Of a stretch of 64,000 bases of DNA, positions 41,163 to 54,800 are shown piece after piece. How positions within the stretch are numbered: the stretch's first letter is position 1; each line of letters begins with the position of its first letter. The translations under genes were made by a program, and so were the position numbers. The stretch lies in NCBI RefSeq assembly GCF_009914755.1, contig NC_060929.1. The stretch is one strand, 5' to 3'. This stretch comes from the human T2T-CHM13v2.0 reference genome, Homo sapiens. Under the pieces are notes generated by a model that was not told the origin of the DNA, made no database searches, and was given only the letters and a program-made list of their open reading frames with translations.

Positions 41163-42082
41163 TGTGAGAAGCTGAATAATAACTCTTTAAAAGATATTCA
41201 CAGCCCAATCCCTCCAAACTGTTAATGTTACCTTATATGGAAAAAAATAACTTTGCAAATGCTATTATATTAAATTGAGGATTTGAAGATGAGGGAGATT
41301 CTCCTGGATTATACAGGAGTGCCTTAACTAAAACCTCAAGCACTCTTATAGAAAGGAGGTAAATTGATATTTGACTGAAGCATAGAATGAAGCCATGTGA
41401 CAGAAATGGAAAGAAGCAGAGCGAGGGAGAGGTGATGCTATGCCACAGAATGATGAACCAGATTCTGCCTTGCTCTGTCAAATCTATTTGTTGAAGTCCT
41501 AACTCCAAGAACCTCAGCAAGTGACTGTATTTGGAGATTGAAGCTTTAAAGATTAATTAGGTTATAATGGGTTTGTTAAAGTGAGCCCTAATTTAATATG
41601 TGTGGCATCTTTATAAGAGAGGTTAGGGCACAAGGAGAGAGAGGTTTGACAGGTGCATGCCCCGAGGAACAGCCAAGTGAGAATAAAATGAGAGGGCAAC
41701 TAATTATGTAGAGGTCAAGGACAGGCCTCAAATGAAATCACACCTGCTAACATCTTGATCTTTATATTTGGACTTCGGAATTGTGAGACAATAAATTTCC
41801 ATTATTTAAGCCACCCAACCTCTATTATTTTGTTATGGCAGCCCAAGAAGACTAGTATATACTGGCTTTGAAGTTACGGAAAGAGGCCAAGGAGCACAAA
41901 GAAAGTAGCTTCAGATGTTGGAAAAAACAAACAAGTGGATTCTATCCTATAGCTCTGGAGAGCCTGCCCAAACTCTCCAACACCTTCATTTCTTCTCAGT
42001 GATACTCCAGAACTGGGAGAGAATAAATTTCTGCTATTTCAAGCCAGGAATTTGTTTACAGCACCCACAGGAAACTAATACA
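41163..42082 (+). mobile_element. MLT1D LTR, split by MLT1B
   Basis: GTTACCTTATATGG...GAAGATGAGGGAGATTCTCCTGGATTAT; resumes CTGGCTTTGAAG and ends GGAAACTAATACA. Confidence 0.8.
41449..41858 (+). mobile_element. MLT1B-like LTR
   Basis: TGTTGAAGTCCTAACTCC...GTGACTGTATTTGGAGAT ... TTGTTATGGCAGCCCAAGAAGACTAGTATA. Confidence 0.8.
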
Positions 42083-42565
42083 GGTAATAAGCTGGAGTAA
42101 TAGACAGGTCGGGATCTGGGAGGGAAAAACAGGCCTGAAAGAATGGGTTCCCATGGAAGATAGCCAAAACAATGTTAGTTTACTAAAATAATATTAACTT
42201 GAAACACAATATGAACATTATCTCCACAAGCTGGACAGATCATATTTAATGGCATAAGATGTTTTATCGACAGTTGATGATTGAATATTGAAAATTATAA
42301 AGCAATTTTTAGGGGTGGATGCAATTTGAAGTAATATCTATGCCTGTTGCTAAGGTTTGAGTTCAGGGACAATGCACTAAGGAAAGGGATTTAGCAAATG
42401 CTGTGAGATTTCAGAAGCTTGTAAGTCCAGGCTGGGATTCTGGCATGAATTTGCCCTCCAGGCTAATAACTGGCATTCAAATACAAAATCACATCAGAGG
42501 CTCCTGCATAGACAAATTTACAGCATACCAACAGCACAAATACAGGTTTTAAAATGTCAAGTCTA

Positions 42566-42837
<272 letters not shown>

Positions 42838-43189
42838 AAAAGGTCAAGACTAAGCCTAAATAAAGAATGTCCCGCTCTTATATTTCTATCCAAGTGTGAT
42901 ATGGTGAGTTGGACTCAGAACCCTAATGGACTGATCATTCAACCTTAAGACTCCTGGCCCACAGCTGATAGAGGTGGGAGAGGGAACTGGTGGCCCTGAG
43001 AAAAGGAGACTATGACTTCTCATTATGATAGGGTACTCGTGCGTTCAGGACACGTGACCGTTCGTCAGCTCATGTCTCACATTGTTGAGCTATCTTAAGC
43101 TTGATTTTTCATACCAACTACTGTTGGCATGTGCCGCATCCACGAATTGACTTTTTGATACTCCAAGGCTTGAATTGATACTATTACTC

Positions 43190-43820
43190 TAATAGTAATT
43201 TGTGTTCTTCGATGATATTTCAGGATTTCCATTTTTCAGGGTCATATTTCACTTCCCTTCACTTTTGAAGTTTAGTGGGACCATGAAATTTGCGCAAACA
43301 AATGAGATGTTAGCAGAAGCACTGCAGTAGTCACTTGGTTTCCACGGGGTATGGGTTACAGGATCGCTATGGAGACCAGTCTGTGTTTGCTCAAGTCTCT
43401 GATGTAAAATATCTAATACAATGTAAATGTGATGTAAATAATATGCTGTATATTTCATTTTTGTTATTTTTAATTGTTGTATTGTTATGTTTTATTGTGA
43501 TTTTTTTGCCTAATATTTTCAATCTGCAGTTGGTTGAATCCGTGATGCATAACTCATGGATATGTAGGGCCAACTTATGTTCTCCAGATGGAAGCTTGAG
43601 GAGCCATCTTTGAGTTTCCATGGTTTCATTTTCCTGCCTAGGAAATCATGGGTGCGTGGAGTGTTATGCCCTCTGAGACTTGGTCCTGTAGGAAGAAATG
43701 GGTAGAACAGAGCAACCTAAGCTAATCTCATTGGACATGTGTAAGCAGAGAAAAAAAATGTATATGCATATATTTTTTAAGATACTGATATCTTGAGCTT
43801 GTTTATTACAGCAGAATAAC
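43190..43820 (+). mobile_element. MLT1J-like LTR, split by MER2
   Basis: CACTTCCC...TTGAAGTTTAG...AATGAGATGTTAGCAGAAG; resumes CCAGATGGAAGCTTGAGGAGCCA. Confidence 0.7.
43325..43576 (+). mobile_element. MER2 (Tigger MITE), internally deleted
   Basis: CAGTAGTCAC...TGCTCAAGTCTCTGATGTAAAAT...GTTGGTTGAATCCG...GGGCCAACT. Confidence 0.8.
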
Positions 43821-45257
43821 AACTTAAATAATCCAAACTACTTTTTAAATTTTGGATTTAGGCTATAATTCTGCTTTAATGAAAGTATTTTAACTTGTAA
43901 TCATGTAATGACTCATTTTTTCACTCAGTCATAGAAAATGTCATATTTCATATGCACATTTTTCTATTTCAATTACATCGTATTTCATGGAACTACTTTA
44001 AAGCATATACAGTTTATGTTGCCAAATACGCATTGAACATGAGCATACCTTCACATTTTTAATGTACTCCAAAATTAAAGGAGAAACATTTCTGTATTGA
44101 AATCAGTAATATTATATCTTTATAAGTGCTTTACACCTATTCACTTCCTATAAGAAAAATAAAATATTAGCATTATTTAAATAACTTGTTTTTAGTGGGA
44201 GATAAAGCTTTTGCAAAATTACTTTTTACTTCATGTGTTATATCATACAAAAAGAAAATCAAAATAAATAATTTCTGATCTTCAAATCTCTCTCTATTTC
44301 CCTCTTTCTTTGCCGTTCTCTTCCTCTCTCTTTCCCCACTCGCTCTCTGTCTCTTCATACACAGACATACAAGCATGAGCACATGTACATACACACAGGG
44401 ACACACATACTCATGTGTGCATTGATATGGATCAATTCCTATACTTAATCCTGATAAAATGGAGTCATAATGGCAAGGATGATCAACATCTTGCTCACTA
44501 TTTGATTCCAACCTATTGGCTAGTGCTTAGAGCAAGAGGAAGAAAAGGAGGAGGGAGAAATGGAGGGGAAAATTTGAGAAAGAGTAGGAGGTTTTTGAAT
44601 CTAGTTTGAATTCGACAAGCTAGAATTCAGAAGAAAGCAGGGTGAGAAAAATATGGATAACGTGCTCAAGAGAAGTGCATCTGATACACTCACATATATA
44701 CACACCCACCCACATATATATATTCATAATATTTTACTACTCTAAATTTATTCAACTGTTGCTGGATGCAAATTACACAGCCTTTTAAATGACACTCAAG
44801 TCTCTGATATTTCCTGGAATCTACTACAGTGTGGCAAATTGGATTTTATAAATAAATTAATCTTTTTTATTCATTCACATTAAGATGTTTTGAATAAAGT
44901 GAAATTAGAGGAAGGCCATCCTATCAATTTTTATCCCAACATAATTCAAGCATTGAATGCAAAAGAAACCAAATAAAAGATGAAGGCTAAATGTTTAAAA
45001 GATGTGACTATTTCTGGATTTTGTAGTCATTTTGACCTCCATTTTCTAAACATACACATAAACCTATTAATATCTTCTAATTCTGGCTATAGTAGCATAA
45101 ATAATAAACATTTAACAATTAAATGGTAACATAAGTAATGTAGTACATTGAATAATTACTTGAAGAAATACATGTAATGCCAAACATCCAACAATATAAA
45201 GATACCAAATCTTTCTTTGCTTTAGAGTTATTTTTAACATATTTGAAAGTAAACATT

Positions 45258-45568
45258 ATTTTCTTTCTTTCTTTTTTCTTTTTTTTTTTTTTTTAAGATG
45301 GAGTCTCGCTCTGTCATCCAGGCTGGAGTGCAGTGGCGCAATCTTGGCTCACTGCAACCTCAGTCTCCTGGGTTCAAGCAATTCTATGCTTCAGCCTCTT
45401 GAGTAGCCGGGATTACAGGTGCCTGTCACCATGCCTGGCTAATTTTTGTAAGTAGAGACAAGGTTTCACCATCTTGGCCAGGCTGGCCTTGAACTCCTGA
45501 CCTTGTGATCCACCTGCCTCAGACTCCCAAAGTGCTAGGATTACAGGCATAAGCCACTGTGCCTGGCC
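45258..45568 (-). mobile_element. AluS
   Basis: Full Alu; TSD GAAAGTAAACATT (45245-45257) / GAAAGTAAATATT (45569-45581). Confidence 0.95.
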
Positions 45569-45634
45569 GAAAGTAAATATTTTCTTTAATTCAATAAGAC
45601 ATAATTATTCAGCACATATAATTTTGTAATGAGT

Positions 45635-45800
45635 TAAAAGCTGATAATGTCTATTGGGTACTCTGCTCAGTAGCTAGGTGATGAGATCGTTTGTACCCCA
45701 AACCTCAGCATCATGCAATATACCCAGGTAACAAACCTGCACATGTACTCCCTGAATCTAAATTAAAAGATAAGAAAATAAGAAAAGTAAAAATAGAAGT
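45635..45800 (+). mobile_element. L1PA15/16-like 3' end
   Basis: CTATTGGGTAC...ACCCCAAACCTCAGCATCATGCAATATACCCAGGTAACAAACCTGCACATGTAC plus A-rich tail. Confidence 0.85.
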
Positions 45801-46188
45801 TAATCATGTAGAAGAAAGGCTTTATGTACTAAATATGTACTTAATATGCTTTATGTACTAAACCTTCAGCCTGGAATCACTGAGTGGGAACTATTATCAT
45901 GACAGTACAAAGCACTAAATACAAAAGAATATTTCTTTCGTAACAACATAACTGGAAATTCAAAGCAAAATTCTAGTTCTTCTTTTTTAAAGTATCAAAT
46001 CACAGCATTGTATTTATCTGAAAGAAAAATGTTCTCAGTCTCATATACTGAAGTTCAATTTAAACTGTGACATATTTATGTACTTGGGTGCACATGTCAC
46101 GCTTTATGTACTTAATGATTTCAAGTCATGCTTTAATCTGAACTAAATATTTATTTTAAAAAGTATATTCTTAAAAACTAAAATATTA

Positions 46189-46500
<312 letters not shown>

Positions 46501-46975
46501 TCAATTATAAATCTAAATTTAAGATTTATAAAATAGTTTTATATTCATCTCCGAATAAGAATATGATAGTGGATTTACTGAAATTGAGAAAAGATAGCCT
46601 GCTAGGCATACAGTTCCCCAACGTGTTTTTCCCTTAAAATTATAACTGGGAGCTATTTCAAAAACGTTGCATAGAGATCTTCCTTATTCTGTCTTAGAAG
46701 CAAATTTAGTGGTTCATTGTTTGAATATGCTGCACAATATCAATGTTATAAGTCTTCTTTATCTTAAGCTTTATGTTTTACATCCACCTTGATAGGAAAA
46801 TTGCTACTCTTCCTTTTTTTAATCTGCAGTTTTACAATATAATGTTGTTCATATTTAATATACCATTGCTCATACTTTTATTTTCAAATTTGATGTTAGT
46901 TTGTCTTAGGCCCACTTTTATATAGGACGAGATTTAAGATTTGTCTTATTCAAATCTGAACCTAAATTTTGTAGG

Positions 46976-47553
<578 letters not shown>

Positions 47554-48049
47554 AGTGTATTAAATATATTTATATTTATTTATATGACAATATGTTTGAT
47601 CTTGGTTCTTTTTATACTTGTATGTTATTTTTTAACTTTCATTTTGTGCTTCGTTGTCCAGTAGTAAACTGTATAATTATGACTTATATAATACCTTTGT
47701 CTATTAGGATTAAGCTCTTTATATTTATTTCCTGATAGGAGAAAGGAGCAAATGTTTCTTCCAATTAAATTATTTATCATAGAACTTCCCTTACAGTGTT
47801 TAATATGTTGATATTATAATATTTGATTTTTCAACATGCAGTAATGTTCTTTGATTTCTAGCTATTAACAGACCCAAGCAACACATGTTTATTTTCTATT
47901 CCCCCTCCTGATTTTACTAGTTGCATCATTTCTTAGGAGTCATTGCATCCAGGGGCTATTCTATTCTGTCACTCAAGGATACTTGTTTGCTTTAGCATTA
48001 TTTCCAAAGGCAAATATATTCAATACTTACATCATTATTCCTCATGAAA

Positions 48050-48997
48050 CCAAAGGTGAAAAAATATCTTGAAAATTTAATCAAATCCATTAATATATAA
48101 AGAATCATGATCAAGCGCAGTTTATCACAGGAATGTGAGGTTGATATAACACCTGAAAATTAATCAATGTCATTCACTATTTTAAAAAATTATCAAAAGC
48201 TCACATGGTTACTTATTTAGTTGTAGAAGATTCATTTAACACAATCTGACATTCATTCAGGATAAAAAAAAAAAAAGCTCTCAGTGAACTAAAACTAGAA
48301 AGAAACCTCCTCAGCCTGACAAAAGGCATCTGTATAGAATAAAAATCCATAGCTAATATTATACTTACCAGTGAAAAAGTGAAGGCTTTTCAAATATTTA
48401 AGAATAAGACATGTGTGTCTCTCATCTCTCTTTACACTTATAATCAACATCATACTGGAGATTGTAGCCAGTACAATAATCAAAAAAATAAATAAAAGCC
48501 CCCCACAATGTATATGAAGTAGCGAAACTGTCTTTATTTCCACACAACATAACCATTGTTGTAGGAAATCTGATGGCATCTCTAAAGATGACTAGATGTA
48601 AGGAATTAGTGTGACAAAGTTGTCAGATGAAAATACAAAATTTATATAGAAATTTTAGCAAGATGTAATCAAATCTAAATAAAAAAATGTATAAAAGGAA
48701 AAGAAAAATTGGAAATACTTGAGTAAATTCCTACAAAATATGGAAAATGACTACTTTGTACTAAAAATTACAAAACATTGGTGAAAAAAATTAGTGACCT
48801 AAATAGAATGTAGAGATATATTGAGGGGACTCAGTATGGCTATGGTGTCAGTTCTCCCTTAATTAATCTGTAGATTCAACTCAATTCCATACAAAAATTC
48901 CAGAAGACATTTTTGTATCTTTTTTTATTCATTGGCAAATTAATTATAAATTTAAAATGAGCTATGAAGAACCTGTGATACCCAAAACAACTTTTTG
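48050..48997 (+). mobile_element. L1M ORF2 fragment
   Basis: RT-region relics: TTTATCACAGGAATG, CCATAGCTAATATTATACTTA, TCAACATCATACTGGAG, TAGATTCAAC. Confidence 0.8.
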
Positions 48998-49333
48998 TAT
49001 CCTTGGACAGTTTTCTCATCTTTACAATGGACATTATAAGAGTAATATTTCCCTCAAAAACAATTCAAGAACTTTGCATCAAACATACTCTCATCAGAGA
49101 GATTTTCTTACTAATTTTCTATATTGAATGCTTGTCCATATTCCAATTAACCCTTAGCACATTACCTTATCACAGAACTCAAAGAATAAACAAAGAACAT
49201 TGTTCTCGTAGCACCCAATGAACAGTGCTACTGATTTCCAGGAGAGGTGCTATGACTCTCTCAGAATGTTTGAGCTCAAAACTACATTCCCATTAGATAC
49301 TAGACCACTATCAACTGCAGCAGAAGAGAATTG

Positions 49334-49666
49334 CAGTAGGCCCTCTGTGTCCATGGGTTCTCCATCTGGGCATTCAATCAACCAAAGATAAAAAATGTTT
49401 GGAAAAAAAAACAAAATAAAACAATACAATTGAATGCAATACAATGTATTGCAAATTTTAAAATACAGTATAATAACTATTTAAATAACATTTAGATCCC
49501 ATTAGATATTATAAGTAATCTAGAGAGGATTTAAAGTATATAGAAGGATTAGCATAGGTTATATGCAAATACTACACCATTTTATATAAGGAACTTGGGA
49601 ATCTGCAGATTTTGGTATAAATGTGAGTCCTGGAACCAATCCTGAGTAGATACTGAGGCATAACTG
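49334..49666 (-). mobile_element. MER2 (Tigger MITE)
   Basis: CAGTAGGCCCTC ... ATAGGTTATATGCAAATACTACACCATTTTATATAAG ... GAGGCATAACTG; near full length. Confidence 0.9.
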
Positions 49667-50089
49667 TATCTCCTATTCAATATCAGATAATACAAGGTAT
49701 ATAAGTAATAATAGAAGACATGCAGTCCTTCAAGGAGAATGAGATTCATCCATGTTTAGTAGTAGAATGCCATCTTTAGTTTTAGGCTACACATTTGCAA
49801 TTTGTACAGGATATAAAAAGTATCCTTTTAAGTGCAACCAGTTGTTATAAAATTAGTCAAATGCTAGGTATTGTTTAAGGATTCATTACAAAAATCAAGA
49901 CTTACCAAATGATGGGGAAAATAGTGAAAGCATAGTATAGTTCATTAACTTTATAGGAGAAATGGTGACCTAAAAAGTTTAAATTATAAACCCCATTTAT
50001 ATTAATATATATTTTCAATGCCATTCTGGGAGGTCAAAAATAATGTATAATGAATTAAGTATGTTTAGCTTAGTACAATTATTTGAAAA

Positions 50090-51420
50090 GTATTGCAAAT
50101 GAAAGGGATGGGGTGAATGAGAGAGTTCATTTAGGAATTAGTTGAACATGACACAGTGAAATGATGTCATGAACTGAGGAAAAATGCAGATCTTGGGACA
50201 AAAGGGAGAAATTAAGGTGCTGGGAATTACTGGAGGAAAGCGTAGGGCTTCGAGGACCCACAGAGGAAGGACACTCAGTGTTCTCTTTAAGCACATCGCC
50301 TTGGATGGTAATATCACTTACTAAAAAACAAAGGGAAAATTGGCTTCACCATAGGGAAGTATGTCTATTCTGGTCACAACAGTGGTAAAATTTACAAATA
50401 AGATATTCATGAAGCAGTCAAAGTAAGACAGAGAGCTCTAAACCGCAGATATATATAGATATATATCTAAATTATGAGTACATAATTAATTTATGCATTT
50501 AAAATCACCAGATTAGATTTTATAATGAGGATACTTGTATCCAAGAAGAAAAGAAGTACGCTAAAATCATAATCCGGATGTACACCGTATTGCATTAGAG
50601 GGACAGAAAGGGCGATTACAATTCAGAAAAACAGGAATACTGGGAAAGAATACCGAAGCACAAGGAAAAAGAAAAATACAAGTGGTACGAAATCACAGAA
50701 AAACAAGAGGAGAGAATAGTGAAGAGAGAATCATGTCAAATGTGGTGGACACTTTAATGAACATAAGAAATAAAAGTTAGCATTAAGATTTATCAGTGAG
50801 GAAGTTATTGGTGGCCTAAGTTAGGATTGCCTCAGTGCAGTGGTGGAGGCAATTGTTGGTCAGGTTGGAGTGATCTGGGGGAATGAATATGTAGTGAGTA
50901 CATGCCACCCTTCTAACTTGGCGTTAACGGAGAGAAGAGAGACGGGGGTGACTGAATGAGATGCAATGTAATCAGCAAATTTTTTTTCTGTTGCAATTTT
51001 GATACTAGAGTAGAGCCAGGATCATGATGGAATTTAAGACAATGAGGAGGGTAATTTATAGGGAAATAGAGAACATAGGATATAAAACAAAAGTCGATTA
51101 GCCTAAAACCAAGATAGAAGCATTTCCATAAAGCGGAAAAGTAGGCAAGGCTGCATGCTGATAAGAAAAAAATTGTGGGGAAAGTGGGGGGTACATGAGA
51201 AGACAGCTATTTTACTGGTGAAGTGATAGGTGGGAAAGGCATGTGTAGACAGGATGGAAAAGGAACACAGAAGAGCAGAATCCGGCTCCAGGCGATGATG
51301 AAAGCTTTCAACTTTGATATTACTGGGGCTTGGTATATTGATGAGAGGTACTAAGGAAGAGTAGAGGAAGTGGGTACATAGAAGAAAAGAAAGAATCATT
51401 TGAAGCCAAGCCAGAGAGAA
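50090..51420 (-). mobile_element. Degenerate L2
   Basis: Purine-rich antisense L2-like, e.g. GAGGAAGTTATTGGTGGCC...CAGTGCAGTGGTGGAGGC. Confidence 0.55.
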
Positions 51421-51884
51421 TAGAACATCTCTTGTAAAATTTTTTTTAAAAAAGTGAGAATTTGAAGTGTCATTCAAATATAATGTGCCTATTTTATTCT
51501 CTACTAATTTTTGTTATCTCATTAGCTATAGCCAGCCTTATGAGCCAATATAAGTGGTTTTTAAGGTAGTGAATGGCATTAGTTTCCATTTTAAACTAAA
51601 ATGTTTCCAATGTCAGGGTTTTCTTAATTTGTTAGAATTCCTGTTATTTCTCCTGGCACTGCTCAGAGATAAATGCATAATTGAAAAATGAATACCACTA
51701 GAAATAAAGCAAACAACGTATCTCCCACGAAACTGAAACCATGGATACCCGCCTAAGCCTTTCACCACTAACATTTGTATATCTTTTTGGTATTATCCCA
51801 TAAACCATAAGGAAGCATTAAGGAAAGATATTGAACTTGCAGCCCTACTAATAATTACCTTTTCTATAAACAAATTATTCAAGC

Positions 51885-52000
51885 ACTTTTATCTTTACTT
51901 TTCTAGCTTGTAAAATCATATCTACTTGGCAAAGTTACTGTGAAAATAAAATAAAATAGAAAAATGTATGTAGGGCTCCTGGCAGAGTGGATCACCAAAA
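51885..52000 (+). mobile_element. MIR fragment
   Basis: TGTAAAAT...TCTACTTGGCAAAGTTACTGTGAAAATAAAATAA...CCTGGCAGAGTGG. Confidence 0.55.
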
Positions 52001-52899
52001 GCAAATTTTCTTATCATACTTTTATAGAAACAACTTGAGTTAAACTGAGTTTTTTTGGTTGTTATTGTTTAAGAAACTGTCTAGGTCTAATATTTTATTA
52101 TTGAAAATAATAACATAGAGAAAAAAAGAAAAAGAAGAAAAATATTAGGTAACAAATGAATGTCTTTTATCTCCCTCTGCAATGTTTCACAGCCACAATT
52201 CCTTTAATGGAATACAATCAAAGAAATAAAATTAGCGATTTGAAATGTTGGCAATGTTACTTTACGTATGAGAAGCTTCAGGGATGAGAGCATTACGTGA
52301 CAATGGCGGTGCAAAGCTTTTTTTTTTCCTAAGGAAAATCAATCAGAATCATCTCTTGCCTACAAAGAAGTTCTCCATTTAAAAAGTGTGTGTGCATTTG
52401 AAAAGATGCATTCACTGTTTAAATACCATATTCCAATACCCACTTTATTAAGTTGATTTGTGCAATTTAAATTGCCTGCGGCTCACCATGTTAGTGCATC
52501 TCCTTAATGTTCATCCTGAGACTCCTGCCTCAGCTTTTATTCTCACTAGCACTATCATTAATGGATATCATGCTCAGATTCCTAGCACAGAGTGACAAGA
52601 CACAGTGCTACGAACACTTATAGGGTTTCACCGTTCCAAACATCAGCAAAATACCCAAAGACCATGTTGATCACATTTGTCAGTACAGAAAGTTAACATG
52701 TAGGCTTACTAATAGTAAAACAGGGTATATAATTGTGGACACCTTATTTCAACCAAATTATCTCTGAAATATGTTACCTCCCAGTTCTTCCTAGTTTATT
52801 AAGAAAAAACAAACTTATAAACCATCCTTTACTTACAGGAGAGTTCTATAACATTCTTTATGATAATCTTATATTGACCTCAAGAAATGCAATAAACAA

Positions 52900-53065
52900 A
52901 ATCTGGTTTTAAGTATTGGTCCTGACATTGAATAGCCATGCAATACAGACAAATCATGTAACATTCTCAAGTTTAATTTACTCAGTTATAGAATGGTAAT
53001 CTCAAATTCTCAATGTTATTTTAGTTACTAAATATTAAAAGTGTTAAAGCTATGCAAACTATGAT
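52900..53065 (+). mobile_element. MIR fragment
   Basis: AGACAAATCATGTAACATTCTCAAGTTTAATTTACTCAGTTATAGAATGG. Confidence 0.5.
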
Positions 53066-53823
53066 AAGATTTACTACAAATTAGCAATATTGTTCAACAT
53101 CTGGCAATAGTCTACTTGTTAAGGTGTGTGTAGAATAAAAAAAATATGTCAGTCATTAAAGCAAAATATAGGAACTCAAGTATCCAGGTGAAAGAACATC
53201 ATCATTGACCAATTCACAGCAGGTAACAAATCTGCTAGAAAAAATTTGGAATCTAAAACATGTATCAAGCCAACACAGCATATATGGGAAGTAGCGCACA
53301 AAGAAGTGCAAAGTACCACTTAGGTTTTTAGAATTAGGGATCAAATTAAGAGAGATCAGCTGCAAAACTGAGAATGTAGAGAGCTGTTCTCCCCCATTAC
53401 ATTTTAAATCCCTTATTTCTCTGTAAAGCGAATGGACCTGATAATTTAAGTTGGACATAAGCAAATTTCAGTTGTGTGAGAATAGAAAACTTGTAGAGAT
53501 AGACATTTAAAAAATAGTCACCTTAATGGAGTATATTTTCTTAGTATTAGAAATAAATCTTTGTGTATAAATGTCTATTTTGATATCCTATCACCTGATG
53601 TCGGAGGATGACAATACAAGGCATTCTTACTAGGATATGTTTGAACACATGCATTTAGAAGAACACCGGCAATGGGGTGAGGTCATGGTCTCCTGGAGGA
53701 AGAAATTATAATGCTGAGCACCTGTTGCTAATGAAACATAGATTACATGGAAAGGTGTGTACTTATGTATGCAGACGCTGACTACTTTGAATAGTAATCC
53801 AGAGTTTAAAAGGCACAAGCTAC

Positions 53824-54800
53824 TGTGGTGAGCAGGCTCTAGGACAGATGCCAATAATCCCTGCCTCCTGATATTCTCAGCCTTGTCTACTCCCTGTAAC
53901 GTTGAGTGGGGGCTGGACTTACTTACTTGCTTCTAACCAATAGAATAGAAGAACAGTGACGCCATGTCAGTTCTGAGATTCAGTAATACAAAAATATGTG
54001 TCTTTTAAAACATGATTTCTCTCTTTTCCTCTATTGGATTGTCTGCCCTGATCAAAGACAGTTGTCAGGTTGTGGGGTGGGACAACATGGAATCTAGCTG
54101 CCATGTCATGAAATAGACCCATACTGATGCACATGTGGACAAGACATTGAAGCTGGCCGACAATCATGAGGGTGAGGTTAGAAGCAGGTAATCCTTTCCC
54201 AACTGAGGTTTTAGTTTTGTCTACATACGTGATATAGGTTTAACGTTTGCAGTCCCCAGTGTTGGAGGTGGAGACTGGCGGGAGGTGATTGAATCATAAA
54301 GGCAGACTTCTCATGAAGGGCTTCGCACCATCCCCTTGGTGATAAGTGAGTTCTTGCTCAGTCAGATCATGTGCGATATGGTTGTTTAAAAGTCTGAGAC
54401 CTCTCTCTCTCTCTCTCTTTCTCTCTCACTCTTGCTCCCATTCTCATTGTGTGATACGCCAGGACCGCCTTGCCTTCTGCCATGACTGTAAGCTTCCTGA
54501 GGCCTCACCAGAAGCCCCACAGATACCCAGCGCCATGCTTTCTATACAGCCTGCAGAACGCTGAACCAATTAAACCTATTTTATTTATAAATTACCCAGT
54601 CTCAGGTATGTATAGCACTGCAGGAATGGCCTAACACAATATCCTTCAAAAAGCCTAACTGAAATAAGATATCTTGAAACAGAGGGAGCTAGTTAAATAT
54701 TTGTATTCCTGACCCTCAGAAACTGACATAGTAAATATTCGTTGCCTTCAGCTGCTAAATTGTGGCATAATTTGTTATGCGGTAATAAATAACTAATGCA
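53824..54800 (+). mobile_element. MLT1F-like LTR, split by MSTA
   Basis: TGTGGTGAGCAGGCTCTAGGA...CCCTGCCTCCTGATATTC; resumes and ends TAACTAATGCA. Confidence 0.8.
54230..54638 (+). mobile_element. MSTA-like solo LTR
   Basis: CCCCAGTGTTGGAGGTGG...GGAGGTGATTGAATCAT ... AATTACCCAGTCTCAGGTAT...GGCCTAACACA. Confidence 0.88.
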
